Positions 7,418-17,706 are shown, counted from the stretch's first letter. The stretch: 32,000 nucleotides of DNA from Candidatus Kuenenia stuttgartensis (GCF_900232105.1 NZ_LT934425.1:270001-302000), one strand, 5' to 3'. The notes: generated by a model from the letters alone, not told the origin. Program-made: numbers and translations.

Positions 7418-8590
7418 ATGGCGGTTAGGTGGAAAAAATACCACAAAGAATGCAAGGGCAAGCGGGCTGAGGGCGACAGGTGCGGCAAGGTCGTTACAAA
7501 GGGGATCGACTGCAAAGGAAAGCGGGGATCGCATTGTCCTTCAGGGGTATCAAATCCTTGTGGAGCATGGGCGATTGATTACCGGGAAACGGACGGCAGA
7601 TGGGTATCAAAGGTCTTTCCCGGCATATCACGGACGGAAGCAAGGGAGCGGCTGGAAGATATCCGGAGCAATATCAGAAGGGGTATGATAGGGCTACCAC
7701 AAACACGAAAGACACCTACCCTGAAAGAATACGCCAAAAAGTATTTAGAGTTTTCTAAGGGCGACAAAGAAAACACGTTGTTATCAAAGAAAAGGGCTAT
7801 TAATGTATTGGCGCAGTATCTTGGGGATTACAGGCTGGACAAGGTGACTACCTTCATTATTGAGAAATTCAGGATTGAGCGTAGGGAAAAGGACAAGGTG
7901 AAAGCTTCGGTTATAAATCAGGATATTGCAATATTAACCCATTTGTACAATACGGCAATAAAAGAAGGGGTAATTGATAAAACTCCATGCCAGAACGTAA
8001 AGAGACTCAAAACAGCACAGACGAAAGACCGGATATTGTCGCAGCCTGAAATTGCTTTATTGCTTGAAAAACTGCAAGGCAAAGACCGTCTGATGGTATT
8101 GGTAGGTCTTTTTACCGGGTTACGTTTAGGCGGTGTTTTAGGGCTTTCATGGGCTGATATAGACTTGACCAATAGGATCATAACGTCCAGTCATAAGACC
8201 GGCAAGCTGGTGTCTATCCCAATATCTGATTACCTTGCAGGTGAATTACGGAAGTGGAAGGAAACTAATCCGGGCGACAAGCTATTCGTAGAAGGCAGGG
8301 TAACAAACCGGGCGAGAATTAATCATAGTTGTCACTTTAGCAGTTTGTTCAAAGGCTTAGGCATTCAAAACTTTACCTTCCATAACCTACGACATACCTT
8401 TGCAAGTCTCCTGCAAGGCGAATTAGGCATTGGCGCAATAGTAGTGCAAGGCATGACCGGACATTCAAGCTTAGGAATGCTCCAGAAATATTCTCATACC
8501 GGCATGAACTCAAAGAAGGTAGCTATCAACGCCTTGACCGAACATGTGCTAAATACAACACCAAAGACCGTATTTGCCATAGCACAATAA
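7418..8590 (+). CDS. Tyrosine recombinase / phage integrase
   Basis: ATG at 7418 after ACAGGAGGG; GLFTGLRLGGVLGLSW, FHNLRHTFASLL, MTGHSSLGMLQKYSH catalytic motifs. Confidence 0.95.
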   Translation: MAVRWKKYHKECKGKRAEGDRCGKVVTKGIDCKGKRGSHCPSGVSNPCGAWAIDYRETDGRWVSKVFPGISRTEARERLEDIRSNIRRGMIGLPQTRKTPTLKEYAKKYLEFSKGDKENTLLSKKRAINVLAQYLGDYRLDKVTTFIIEKFRIERREKDKVKASVINQDIAILTHLYNTAIKEGVIDKTPCQNVKRLKTAQTKDRILSQPEIALLLEKLQGKDRLMVLVGLFTGLRLGGVLGLSWADIDLTNRIITSSHKTGKLVSIPISDYLAGELRKWKETNPGDKLFVEGRVTNRARINHSCHFSSLFKGLGIQNFTFHNLRHTFASLLQGELGIGAIVVQGMTGHSSLGMLQKYSHTGMNSKKVAINALTEHVLNTTPKTVFAIAQ

Positions 8591-8595
8591 ATAAA

Positions 8596-8617
8596 GTACG
8601 ACTGAGGTACGACTTTG
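8596..8617 (+). repeat. Direct repeat GTACGACT x2, 11-bp period, possible arm-type/att site
   Basis: GTACGACTGAG GTACGACTTTG 5 bp after the integrase stop. Confidence 0.4.
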
Positions 8618-8753
8618 CTTTAAGAACACCAGTAACGAATTGCCTTGTAAGGCTACAGCGATAAGGTTTTCGGGGCAACTTTCAGGTAGGTACTAACATT
8701 ACAAGTATTAATTGCCACAGAATATAAAACCATTTTTCAGAAAGCAAATTTCA

Positions 8754-8783
8754 TTGACAATAAATAAATTGTTTCGGTATAGT
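8754..8783 (+). promoter_or_regulatory. Sigma-70-like promoter
   Basis: TTGACA (8754-8759), 18-bp spacer, TATAGT (8778-8783), upstream of hom. Confidence 0.6.
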
Positions 8784-8866
8784 GCATTTTTAATTCTTTC
8801 CGGCAAAAGAATTGTCCTTATTTTTTACGTTCTATCGTACATTTTGAAAAACTCTCGGGATTAACT

Positions 8867-10162
8867 ATGAAAAGAATACACGTAGGTATTATCGGTATGG
8901 GCACTATTGGGACGGGAGTCGCAAAAATTCTTCTGGAAGCCAATTCTCCCCTCAGGGAAAAGCTAGACACTGTCCCTGTATTAATGGGTATAGCCGATTG
9001 TAATCCTGATGCTAAGAATAAAATAGCTTTGCCTCCTGCTGTGACATTTACCACTGACGCAAATACCTTATTACATGACCCAAATATCCACATCATCGTC
9101 GAACTTGTAGGCGGGGCGACCATTGCAAAGGAAATTGTCATCAAGGCGCTTGAAAACGGAAAGGATGTCGTTACTGCGAACAAGATGCTCCTTGCCCTCC
9201 ATGGCTCTGAATTATTCAGGAAAGCCCGCCAGCACGGGAAAAGCATCTCTTTCGAAGCAAGCGTTGGAGGGGGCATTCCGATCATCGCAGAACTTAGAGA
9301 CGGCCTTATCGCAAACAAGATTGAATGTATTTTGGGAATAGTTAACGGCACAACTAACTATATATTAACCCGGATGACCAAAGAAAACGTCGAATACGGC
9401 GCAACCCTTAAGGAAGCACAAACACTTGGTTATGCTGAAAAAGACCCAACGATGGACGTTGAAGGCATTGATTCGGCGCACAAGCTTGCAATCCTTGCCA
9501 GGATTGGCTTTGGAGTGGATGTTAATTGCGAAAATATTTATTGTGAGGGTATCAGTAAAGTCGAACTCTCTGATATATGGTACGCCCATGAATTGGGATA
9601 TACCTTAAAACTTCTTGCAATAGCAAAAAAAAGAGAGAGCGGTCTTGAATTGCGGGTACATCCTACACTCCTGCCACACGAACACCCTCTTTCTTCGGTA
9701 AACGGGGTATTTAACGCCATCTGTATCAAAGGAAGCGCTGTCGGAGATTCAATGATATACGGAAGAGGCGCCGGAGAAATGCCCACGGCAAGCGCAGTAG
9801 TCGCTGATATTGTTGACGTGGCGCTCGGTAGGGCAAATATTACCTTCAATACAATGAAAATCTTTTCCGGGCAATGCGAACGTGTTTCCATCGCCGATAT
9901 GAAAGAGATAAAAACACGATATTACTTACGGTTCTCCGTAATAGACAGACCCGGTGTACTGGCAAAAATTTCCGGGATACTGGGAAATCATGAAATAAGC
10001 ATTGCCTCGGTAATTCAACGGCAGGCAAAAGAAAAGGGACATGTCCCCCTCATCCTGATGACCCATATTGCGGAAGAAGGCAATTTGCTGAATGCGCTTT
10101 CTGAAATCAAACAATTAGACGTCGTAAAAGACCAAACACGATTCCTGCGTGTTGAAGAATAG
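8867..10162 (+). CDS. hom: Homoserine dehydrogenase with C-terminal ACT domain
   Basis: VGIIGMGTIGTGVAKIL, VELVGGATIAKEIVIKALENGKDVVTANK, GTTNYILTRM, IDRPGVLAKISGILGNHEISIASVIQ. Confidence 0.96.
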   Translation: MKRIHVGIIGMGTIGTGVAKILLEANSPLREKLDTVPVLMGIADCNPDAKNKIALPPAVTFTTDANTLLHDPNIHIIVELVGGATIAKEIVIKALENGKDVVTANKMLLALHGSELFRKARQHGKSISFEASVGGGIPIIAELRDGLIANKIECILGIVNGTTNYILTRMTKENVEYGATLKEAQTLGYAEKDPTMDVEGIDSAHKLAILARIGFGVDVNCENIYCEGISKVELSDIWYAHELGYTLKLLAIAKKRESGLELRVHPTLLPHEHPLSSVNGVFNAICIKGSAVGDSMIYGRGAGEMPTASAVVADIVDVALGRANITFNTMKIFSGQCERVSIADMKEIKTRYYLRFSVIDRPGVLAKISGILGNHEISIASVIQRQAKEKGHVPLILMTHIAEEGNLLNALSEIKQLDVVKDQTRFLRVEE

Positions 10163-10171
10163 GAGATATTC

Positions 10172-11365
10172 TTGAAATACTGCATTATCATTCCTGACGG
10201 CATGGCAGATTATCCAATAGAAAAACTGGGTGGAAGGACGCCCCTTGAGACCGCCCGTACGCCATATCTTGACCTCTTATCTGAAAACGGCCGGATAGGC
10301 ACCGTTCAGACGATTCCGCGAGGATTCCCACCGGGAAGCGACGTTGCCAATCTTACGATAGTGGGATACAACCCAAGTGATTATTACACAGGCAGGGCCC
10401 CTCTGGAAGCGGCAAGTATTGGCATTCAACTGGAAGAAGAAGACTGCGCATTCCGGTGCAATTTCATTACTGCCAACGAAGACACCCTGGTAGATTTTTG
10501 TGCAGGACACATTAAAACGGAAGAGGCGGATATCCTTATAAAACTGCTCAATGAACGATTCGGGAATGATGCTATCCAATTTTATACAGGGAAAAGCTAC
10601 CGCCACATTATGGTATATAAAGGTACGCAGAAGATAAACACCACATGTTTTCCCCCTCATGACATTATGGGAAAATCGATTGAAGAACATCTTCCAAAGG
10701 GGAAAGGAAGTGAAATCATCATTGATATCATGGAACGCTCGCGGGGACTACTATACAATCATGACATAAACAAGGTGCGTATTGACCTTCAGGAAAACCC
10801 TGCCAATATGATCTGGCTATGGGGTCACGGATATCGCCCCAAAATGCCTTCGTTCCAGGAACGATTCAACTTAAAAGGCGCTGTGATTACGGCAGTGGAC
10901 CTGATCAAGGGTATTTCTCTCTATCTGGGATGGGACATTATAAACGTTCCCGGCGCTACAGGATACTACGACACTGATTACAGCAACAAGGGGAAATATG
11001 CCATCGAAGCACTGGAAAACCATGATATGGTACTGGTGCACATTGAATCGCCCGATGAAGCAGGACACGAAGGCAATATAAAAGAAAAGGTAACTGCTAT
11101 TGAGCAAATTGACAGTAAGATTATAGGGCCAATTACAGATGCCGGGAACTCATTTCAGGAACTTCGTATTCTGGTGCTGCCGGATCATTACACACCAATT
11201 GAAAAAAGAACTCACACCGCGGAGCCCGTGCCCTTTGTAGTATGCGGCTCCGGCATTCAAAAAGATGATGGGAAGCCGCTTACGGAAGCAAATGCTGCGG
11301 CGTCAAAACTACATATCAGCAAGGGCCACGAGTTAATCGAACGCCTCATTTCAGGTTCTTTCTGA
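10172..11365 (+). CDS. Cofactor-independent phosphoglycerate mutase, ApgM-like (candidate homoserine kinase analogue)
   Basis: IIPDGMADYPIEKLGGRTPLETARTPYLD, PPGSDVANLTIVGYNP; directly downstream of hom. Confidence 0.88.
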   Translation: MKYCIIIPDGMADYPIEKLGGRTPLETARTPYLDLLSENGRIGTVQTIPRGFPPGSDVANLTIVGYNPSDYYTGRAPLEAASIGIQLEEEDCAFRCNFITANEDTLVDFCAGHIKTEEADILIKLLNERFGNDAIQFYTGKSYRHIMVYKGTQKINTTCFPPHDIMGKSIEEHLPKGKGSEIIIDIMERSRGLLYNHDINKVRIDLQENPANMIWLWGHGYRPKMPSFQERFNLKGAVITAVDLIKGISLYLGWDIINVPGATGYYDTDYSNKGKYAIEALENHDMVLVHIESPDEAGHEGNIKEKVTAIEQIDSKIIGPITDAGNSFQELRILVLPDHYTPIEKRTHTAEPVPFVVCGSGIQKDDGKPLTEANAAASKLHISKGHELIERLISGSF

Positions 11366-11449
11366 TACGAAATTATATGTTTGTCCATGAATTTATTGAG
11401 AAATTTCAACAACCTAAACTGTTGCAAAACGGGAAAGATTTTTTGACCA

Positions 11450-12145
11450 ATGATAAAGCTGGTACTGATAAGACATGGCGAGAGTATATGGAATTACGAA
11501 AATATATTCACCGGGTGGACGGACGTTGATTTATCGGCTCATGGAATTACAGAGGCAAAACAGGCAGGGAGCATTTTAAAAAAAGAGGGATATGTTTTTG
11601 ATATTGCCTTCACTTCTGTCCTTAAAAGAGCAATTAAAACCTTGTGGTATATTTTAGATGAAATGGATTTAACGTGGATACCCGTACAAAAAACATGGAG
11701 ATTGAATGAAAGGCACTATGGTGCATTGCAAGGTTTAAACAAAGCAGAGGTGGCTAAAAAATACGGGGAAGAACAGGTCTTTCTCTGGAGAAGAAGTTAT
11801 GATACGCCTCCGCCCCCTCTTACGTTAACAGACAACCGCTATCCCGGCAACGACGTCAGATACCGGAGTCTTAGTAAAGAAGAAATTCCTTTCACCGAGA
11901 GCCTGAGAGATACCATTTTTCGATTTTTGCCGTACTGGGATGATGCCATAGCGCCTGCAATACGTGAGAAAAAAAGGGTTATCGTTGTAGCTCACGGAAA
12001 TAGTTTGAGGGCTTTGGTCAAGTATCTTGATGATATACCAGACGATAAAATCGCTGAGTTAAGCATCCCGACAGGCATACCCCTTGTATACGAACTTGAC
12101 GAAGGGTTAAAACCGACCTCAAAATATTATCTTCGCGGAGATTGA
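11450..12145 (+). CDS. gpmA: 2,3-bisphosphoglycerate-dependent phosphoglycerate mutase
   Basis: [54 protein letters not shown]. Confidence 0.95.
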   Translation: MIKLVLIRHGESIWNYENIFTGWTDVDLSAHGITEAKQAGSILKKEGYVFDIAFTSVLKRAIKTLWYILDEMDLTWIPVQKTWRLNERHYGALQGLNKAEVAKKYGEEQVFLWRRSYDTPPPPLTLTDNRYPGNDVRYRSLSKEEIPFTESLRDTIFRFLPYWDDAIAPAIREKKRVIVVAHGNSLRALVKYLDDIPDDKIAELSIPTGIPLVYELDEGLKPTSKYYLRGD

Positions 12146-12187
12146 ATGTTAAAGACGTGAAATCGAATGTGTTACCTTTTCATTTTT

Positions 12188-12763
12188 TTAAATAGATAAT
12201 CCTAATATCCCGGATACTGTTAAGGTAATATCAGGAAAATTTTCTGGTGATATCTTTTGATTATAACGCCGTTTCATCATTATATTATAACCTTCAGGGG
12301 TTGGTTCATTATATATCTGCACAATATTTTCTATTAAATTCACCAGCCATACCTCTTTAATATTTGCCTTTGCATACAACGGGATTTTAGTTTCACAGTC
12401 ATACGCTAAAGAGCTGTCTGCAACTTCTATAATTAAGAGAACATCTTCCGGTTGGGGGAGTTGTTCAGCATAAAAATCGGGACGTCTTTTTATTATTGTT
12501 ATATCTGGTTCCGGTTCAGAGTATTCAGTCAGGCTTAAAGGATTTTGAATATTAACAATTGCCCTTTTCTGTAATTTTTCGCTAAAGAGTTCATTTAACC
12601 GGCTAACACATGCAGCATGCCGACTCCCAATGGGCGTCATATCAATGATCCTCCCCTCAACAAGTTCCACTCTGTCATCTTCATGCAGTATGTTACTTTC
12701 TATCAACCGATGATATTCTTTAACGTTAAAACGATGAATTGATAATGCTGTATTCATAATCAC
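12188..12763 (-). CDS. Uma2/DUF820 family putative endonuclease
   Basis: YHRLIESNILHEDDRVELVEGRIIDMTPIG, EPEPDITII, PEDVLLIIEVADSSLAYD, YAKANIKEVWLVNL. Confidence 0.92.
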   Translation of the reverse strand: MIMNTALSIHRFNVKEYHRLIESNILHEDDRVELVEGRIIDMTPIGSRHAACVSRLNELFSEKLQKRAIVNIQNPLSLTEYSEPEPDITIIKRRPDFYAEQLPQPEDVLLIIEVADSSLAYDCETKIPLYAKANIKEVWLVNLIENIVQIYNEPTPEGYNIMMKRRYNQKISPENFPDITLTVSGILGLSI

Positions 12764-12892
12764 AAACCTCCATAATCAAAAAATTAACCACAGATGCAGC
12801 CGGATAAACACGGATTCGAATTTCTAAATGAGCGCATCTTTAGTATTTCGTGCTCATTTGGTTCCGGCTTGTCCACGTTAGGTCGTGTATGT

Positions 12893-13807
12893 TCATTTAT
12901 TGTAATCAACGGGACAGCCCATGTGTGTTTTTTTCGTACGCGGCCGAAGATAAATAAACCAGAACATGATACCGATTAACATAACCCCTCCTACGATATT
13001 CCCAAAAGTAACCGGCAAAAGATTATTGATAAAAAAACCTTTCCACGTAAGCTGGGACAGGTTCAGCGTCCTTCCTGCCATTTTTTCAGCAGCGTCAACA
13101 ACAAAGTGATTTTTCCGCAACATTATACCCATCGGGATAAAATACATGTTTGATACACACTGTTCAAATCCACTGGCAACGAAACCCCCGATAGGGAATA
13201 TAATTGAAAAAATCTTGTCCGCTGTACTCTTTCCACTAAAGCATATCCAAATGGCAAGACATATCAACGCATTGCAAAGGACTCCACGGGTAAAAGCTGC
13301 GTTAAAAGAAAGATTAACCTTATTATGTGCTATAAGCAGGGCTTTCGCACCAACCATATGGTTAAAAAATTCCCATTGATGTGTTTCATACATCCACCAC
13401 ACCATTGTGAGACTGCCCACTAAATTACCAATGTATATGACGCCCCAATTTGTGAGCAGTTCATATAAAGTAATCTTTTTGCCTGCAAATCCAATAATAC
13501 CGAGACAGTTGCCGGTAAAAACTTCTGCGCCTCCAATAACTGCCAGTATAAATCCAAGAGAATATACAATCCCTTCGATAAGTGAGGTAATTCCGTAGTG
13601 CAAGGTTGAATCACTTGTTACCAATGTAGAAAACTGTGCGCCAAAACCAAGATAAATCCCGGCCAAAACGCCAAGAGAAAAGGATTTGGAACGGTTTAGC
13701 GCTGCCTTATGTATCGTTACATCATAAATTGTTGTTGCGATTTTATATGGCGTATAGGCATCTATATCTATTAGCTTGACAGGGGATTGAGCGTTAGCGT
13801 CTTTCAC
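12893..13807 (-). CDS. Formate/nitrite transporter (FNT) family protein
   Basis: LGIYLGFGAQF, GGAEVFTGNCLG, RGVLCNALICLAIW, FVASGFEQCVSNMYFIPMGI, NLLPVTFGNIVGG. Confidence 0.93.
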   Translation of the reverse strand: MKDANAQSPVKLIDIDAYTPYKIATTIYDVTIHKAALNRSKSFSLGVLAGIYLGFGAQFSTLVTSDSTLHYGITSLIEGIVYSLGFILAVIGGAEVFTGNCLGIIGFAGKKITLYELLTNWGVIYIGNLVGSLTMVWWMYETHQWEFFNHMVGAKALLIAHNKVNLSFNAAFTRGVLCNALICLAIWICFSGKSTADKIFSIIFPIGGFVASGFEQCVSNMYFIPMGIMLRKNHFVVDAAEKMAGRTLNLSQLTWKGFFINNLLPVTFGNIVGGVMLIGIMFWFIYLRPRTKKTHMGCPVDYNK

Positions 13808-13969
13808 AGCTTCCTTCCTGTAATTTAAGGGTCAGGGTCCGTGGTTTTGTTGTGATAAAACTTCTTGTGCGCCGTCTACGTACAAAAGAATAAATCGGTA
13901 TTTTTGAGATTTTAAAAAGCCGGTTTCTACTGAACACGCCGGGGATTATTACGTAATAACATGTTACTT

Positions 13970-15343
13970 TTACAATTTACTAACATGTGCTTTATAATCT
14001 TCAGGATTAATATTGTATTTTTTTATCAGCTTATAGATATCAGCCCTGTAACGGCTTGCCATTTTTGATGCATTTGTAATGTTGCCATTGTTTGCCTTCA
14101 GTAGATTTTCGATGTATTCCCTTTCGAATCTTTCTTTCGCGTCCTTGTAAGAATGAAAAACATTTGTGGTGGTATTTCTTTCCGGAAAAATATCTTCCGG
14201 TTCAATATTATTTTTATTTGCCACGATGGCCGCATGCTCTATTTTGTTTCTTAATTCACGAATATTTCCCGGCCAGTCATACAAAAGCATCCTTTGTAAG
14301 GCAGCGGGAGAAAATCCAAGCGGGTCTTTCTTTAAAGCCTTGCAAAATTCCGTTATAAAATACGTTGCCAATAGCGGGATATCATCTTTTCTTTGCCTTA
14401 AGGGAGGAAGATAGACAGGCATAACATGTATTCTGTAAAACAAATCATCACGAAAAGTCCCTTCGCTCACTGCCTTTTGCAAATCGGTGTTCGAGGCGGC
14501 AATAATCCTGACGTTGATCTTTCTGTTCTTTGTACTTCCGACTGGTTTAATTTCCCTTTCTTGCAAAACTCTCAAAAGTTTTATTTGGAATATCATTGAA
14601 GTATTGCTGATTTCGTCAAGAAAGATTGACCCTTTATCGGCTTGCGCAAAAAGTCCCTCTTTTGATTCATGTGCGTCCGTATAAGCCCCTCGTATATGTC
14701 CGAACAGTTCATTTTCCAATAATCCCTCCGGGATAGCACCGCAGTTTGTGGCAATAAACGGCCCATTGGCACGGTTACTATTTTGGTGAATTGCCCTGGC
14801 TATCAATTCCTTTCCGGTACCGCTTTCTCCATAAATGATAACATTGCAATCAGTTTTTGACACCCTTGACACCAGTTCAAGGATTTCCAGCATCTGTTTA
14901 TTTTTCCCGATAATCGGATTAAAATTGTTCCGTTCATCAAGCTGATTCCTTAGGTATTCTATTTCTTGTGTAAGCCTTTGTTTCTCAAGGGCATTTTTGA
15001 TCTGCATTGCCAAATCATCATTCCTGAAGGGTTTGGCGATATAACTATAGGCGCCCCTTCTCATGGCTTCTACGGCGCTTTCTATACTTCCATGCGCCGT
15101 TATTATAATAATGGGGAGCTTGGGATAATTCTTTATTATATCTCTCATTAATTCTATACCATTTTCTTCAGACAACCGGAGGTCAACAAGAACAAGGTTA
15201 ATCTTGTTCTGAAATAATACCGTTTTCGCTTCATCTCCGTCCTTTGCTATTGATACAGAATAGCCTAATGCTTTTAAACGCATCTGCAGGACTTCTAAAA
15301 TGCTCGCATCATCATCTATAATAAGTATTTTTTCTTTTGACAT
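13970..15343 (-). CDS. Sigma-54-dependent response regulator (NtrC/GlrR-like)
   Basis: REC domain (ILIIDDD, IITAHGS), GESGTGKELIARAIH, GAYTDAHESKEGLFAQADKGSIFLDEI, C-terminal Fis-like HTH. Confidence 0.95.
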   Translation of the reverse strand: MSKEKILIIDDDASILEVLQMRLKALGYSVSIAKDGDEAKTVLFQNKINLVLVDLRLSEENGIELMRDIIKNYPKLPIIIITAHGSIESAVEAMRRGAYSYIAKPFRNDDLAMQIKNALEKQRLTQEIEYLRNQLDERNNFNPIIGKNKQMLEILELVSRVSKTDCNVIIYGESGTGKELIARAIHQNSNRANGPFIATNCGAIPEGLLENELFGHIRGAYTDAHESKEGLFAQADKGSIFLDEISNTSMIFQIKLLRVLQEREIKPVGSTKNRKINVRIIAASNTDLQKAVSEGTFRDDLFYRIHVMPVYLPPLRQRKDDIPLLATYFITEFCKALKKDPLGFSPAALQRMLLYDWPGNIRELRNKIEHAAIVANKNNIEPEDIFPERNTTTNVFHSYKDAKERFEREYIENLLKANNGNITNASKMASRYRADIYKLIKKYNINPEDYKAHVSKL

Positions 15344-15366
15344 AATAACAAATTATTACATATGAA

Positions 15367-16020
15367 TTATTCCGGTTTTCTTATAGAGGTATCGCTTATC
15401 GTAGCCTTGGGAAGTAAATCTAATGGATTTACGGTAATACTACGACCGTCAGCTTCCTTCTTTTTTTCTTCTATTTGTAAATCGATTTCACTGAGCTTCC
15501 CAATATCTTTTTTAAGTGTTTTAATCTCAGTGGCGGCGCTGTGAAGATCGGTAGAAAGTTTTCCTATTGCCTGGTCTTTAGTGGCAAGACGGTCAAGAAG
15601 TTCAGATTTTTGGAGTTTTTCGATATTGTTCTTTAGTGTTTCAACCACCTCTTTGGTGGTACGGAGTTCATCAGAAATCTTTCCGATTACCTGATCTTTT
15701 TGAGAAATGCGGTCTAACAGATCACTTGCCTTAAGTTTTTCAATTTCTTTTTTGAGTGATTCTATTGTTGCTGAAGCAGTGCGGATTTCATCCGTAAGCC
15801 TTCCAATTTCCTGATCTTTCCATGAAAGGCGGTCTAAAAGATCATTTATTGCTTTTGCCTTATGTTGCACGTCAACCTTCATGATGTTAATTTCTTCGGT
15901 TTTTTTGGTTAATTCCTTTTTATAAGTAGTACTTGCGCAACCGATACACATTAAAAACACTGGAGCTAAAAGTAATGATAAAAAACAGGCTTTCTTCTTA
16001 TTAATGAACTTCATTGTCAA
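15367..16020 (-). CDS. Lipoprotein with three tandem 40-aa coiled-coil repeats
   Basis: Signal sequence with lipobox-like CIGC; three LLDR(I/L)xxKDQxIG... repeats (nt 15840-15721, 15720-15601, 15600-15481). Confidence 0.8.
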   Translation of the reverse strand: MTMKFINKKKACFLSLLLAPVFLMCIGCASTTYKKELTKKTEEINIMKVDVQHKAKAINDLLDRLSWKDQEIGRLTDEIRTASATIESLKKEIEKLKASDLLDRISQKDQVIGKISDELRTTKEVVETLKNNIEKLQKSELLDRLATKDQAIGKLSTDLHSAATEIKTLKKDIGKLSEIDLQIEEKKKEADGRSITVNPLDLLPKATISDTSIRKPE

Positions 16021-16062
16021 CTCCTATTTATAATGGACATTTATCTTTTTGTTTTACTCTTT

Positions 16063-17706
16063 TCAAGCGTTAAGAACAAAATCAACACGCAATGGCAGTG
16101 TAAAGTGGAACGTACTTCCGCTGCCACAATTACTCTCTAGCCATATATTTCCTCCATGGTCTTCAACAATATGTTTTGCTATAAAAAGCCCTAATCCTGT
16201 GCCTTTAATGCCACTTTCCCTCTTATTAACAACCTGTTGAAATTTGTCAAAAATAGAATTCTGATGTTCTTTGGGTATTCCAATTCCTGTGTCTGAGATG
16301 CTTATTTGCAGAAATGATTGTATATTGTTCAGCTTGCCTTGTTGCGCGAAAATAGGGGAAAGCATGGATGCATCAACTACAAATGCCTTTATAGTAATAA
16401 CACCTCCTGTGGGTGTAAATTTAATCGAATTACTCAATAAATTATCCATTATCTGTGCGATTTTTCCCCGATCTAATAAAACATGGGGAACGAGAGAATC
16501 GTCTTCGTATTGAATAAAAATACCTTTCTTTTCCGTCAAAAAACGAACATCCTCGATGCTTTCCGAAATAACATCCCGAATCTGTGCAGGTTGAAAATTG
16601 TATCTCATCAATCCTGCCTCTATCCTTGATATATCTAATAGATCATTAATCATCAGTATAAGCCTAAGGGTATTTCCCTTGATAATATTGAGCAATTTCA
16701 TCTGTTCAAAAGATATTTGTCCCGCTATTTTGTCCAGCATGAGTTCATTTGCTTCTTTAATAGCCGTCAAAGGCGTTTTCAAATTGTGTGAGATATTTGA
16801 AATAAAATCTGATTTCATGGTATCAAGCTGTTCAAGTTTTTTACTCATTTCATTAAATGACCTTCCCAAAGAACCAATTTCATCATTTGATGTAATATTG
16901 ATCCTATGCTCTAAATCACCTTGGGCAATATGGTCGGTAGCTGCTTTAAGTGCGTTTATAGGCCTGTATATACTCCTAATGAAAAAGAATGAAAAAACCG
17001 CTACAAATGTGATTGCAAATAACATGATTGCCAGCGATATTTTGGTAGATTTTTGAACAGTTTCTTGAAATAGTCCCATTTTCTTAAATAAACCTGCTTG
17101 CTGCAAAATAATGAGGTTATTAATAGCATTCCTTAATTGGTCAATAGTTTTGTCTTTTTCCTCACCCATGAAAGAATAAGAAGAATCGTTTGTGTTATAT
17201 TTCAAAAGTATAAATTCTTTTGCAGTAATTCTCAGGTAAAGATTATAAAGCGTTTCAATTTGAGCGGTAATTGTTATTAATTCTTTACTATTCCTCGCAT
17301 CTTCTGTGGCGCCGGGCGGGTAGAACCAGTTAGCCCTTAAATATTTTACATACAAGGTGTTAAACTTATTAAAAATGTTATTTGTTTCATTGTTTATTTG
17401 TATTAATTTATTTACCAAATCAAGCCGATGGACAAATTCGTCTTTCTTTGCGGCAAAGATATCTAAAAAAGCCGGATCTTTTGTGATTGTATACTTTTTT
17501 TCACTACTGACTTGTTCCAATAGGATTTTTAACAACTTCTCTTCACTCTCTATAGAAGGAATGTCTTTGCTCAAAATTGAGGTTGACGCCTGATTGAGGT
17601 GTTTTAAGCGAAAAATCAAATAAAAACTCATCGACAACATAAGCAGCGTAATAACAACATAACCCAAAACCATGCGTTTCCATAAACTATTTTTTACCAT
17701 AAGCAA
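16063..17706 (-). CDS. Membrane sensor histidine kinase with HAMP domain
   Basis: Two TM segments, HAMP, SDFISNISHNLKTPLTAI H-box, DNLLSNSIKFTP, DTGIGIP, GTGLGLFIAKHIVEDHGG. Confidence 0.95.
   Translation of the reverse strand: MLMVKNSLWKRMVLGYVVITLLMLSMSFYLIFRLKHLNQASTSILSKDIPSIESEEKLLKILLEQVSSEKKYTITKDPAFLDIFAAKKDEFVHRLDLVNKLIQINNETNNIFNKFNTLYVKYLRANWFYPPGATEDARNSKELITITAQIETLYNLYLRITAKEFILLKYNTNDSSYSFMGEEKDKTIDQLRNAINNLIILQQAGLFKKMGLFQETVQKSTKISLAIMLFAITFVAVFSFFFIRSIYRPINALKAATDHIAQGDLEHRINITSNDEIGSLGRSFNEMSKKLEQLDTMKSDFISNISHNLKTPLTAIKEANELMLDKIAGQISFEQMKLLNIIKGNTLRLILMINDLLDISRIEAGLMRYNFQPAQIRDVISESIEDVRFLTEKKGIFIQYEDDSLVPHVLLDRGKIAQIMDNLLSNSIKFTPTGGVITIKAFVVDASMLSPIFAQQGKLNNIQSFLQISISDTGIGIPKEHQNSIFDKFQQVVNKRESGIKGTGLGLFIAKHIVEDHGGNIWLESNCGSGSTFHFTLPLRVDFVLNA

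Larger units (their letters stand above)
1..8620. mobile_element. Putative integrative element / phage-satellite-like island (left end not seen)
   Basis: Co-location of prim-pol and D5/SF3 helicase, excisionase-like HTH, RHH proteins, Dam methylase, small hypothetical genes and a tyrosine integrase, followed directly by housekeeping genes. No structural phage genes recognised. Boundaries approximate. Confidence 0.75.

Noticed and set aside
9123-11107. Multiple small ORFs opposite or out of frame with hom and the ApgM-like gene
   Set aside because: Entirely contained in well-supported coding sequences; no independent evidence.
12188-12763. Uma2-family protein as part of a defence system
   Set aside because: Uma2/DUF820 proteins are abundant solitary genes in many genomes; no associated defence partners here.
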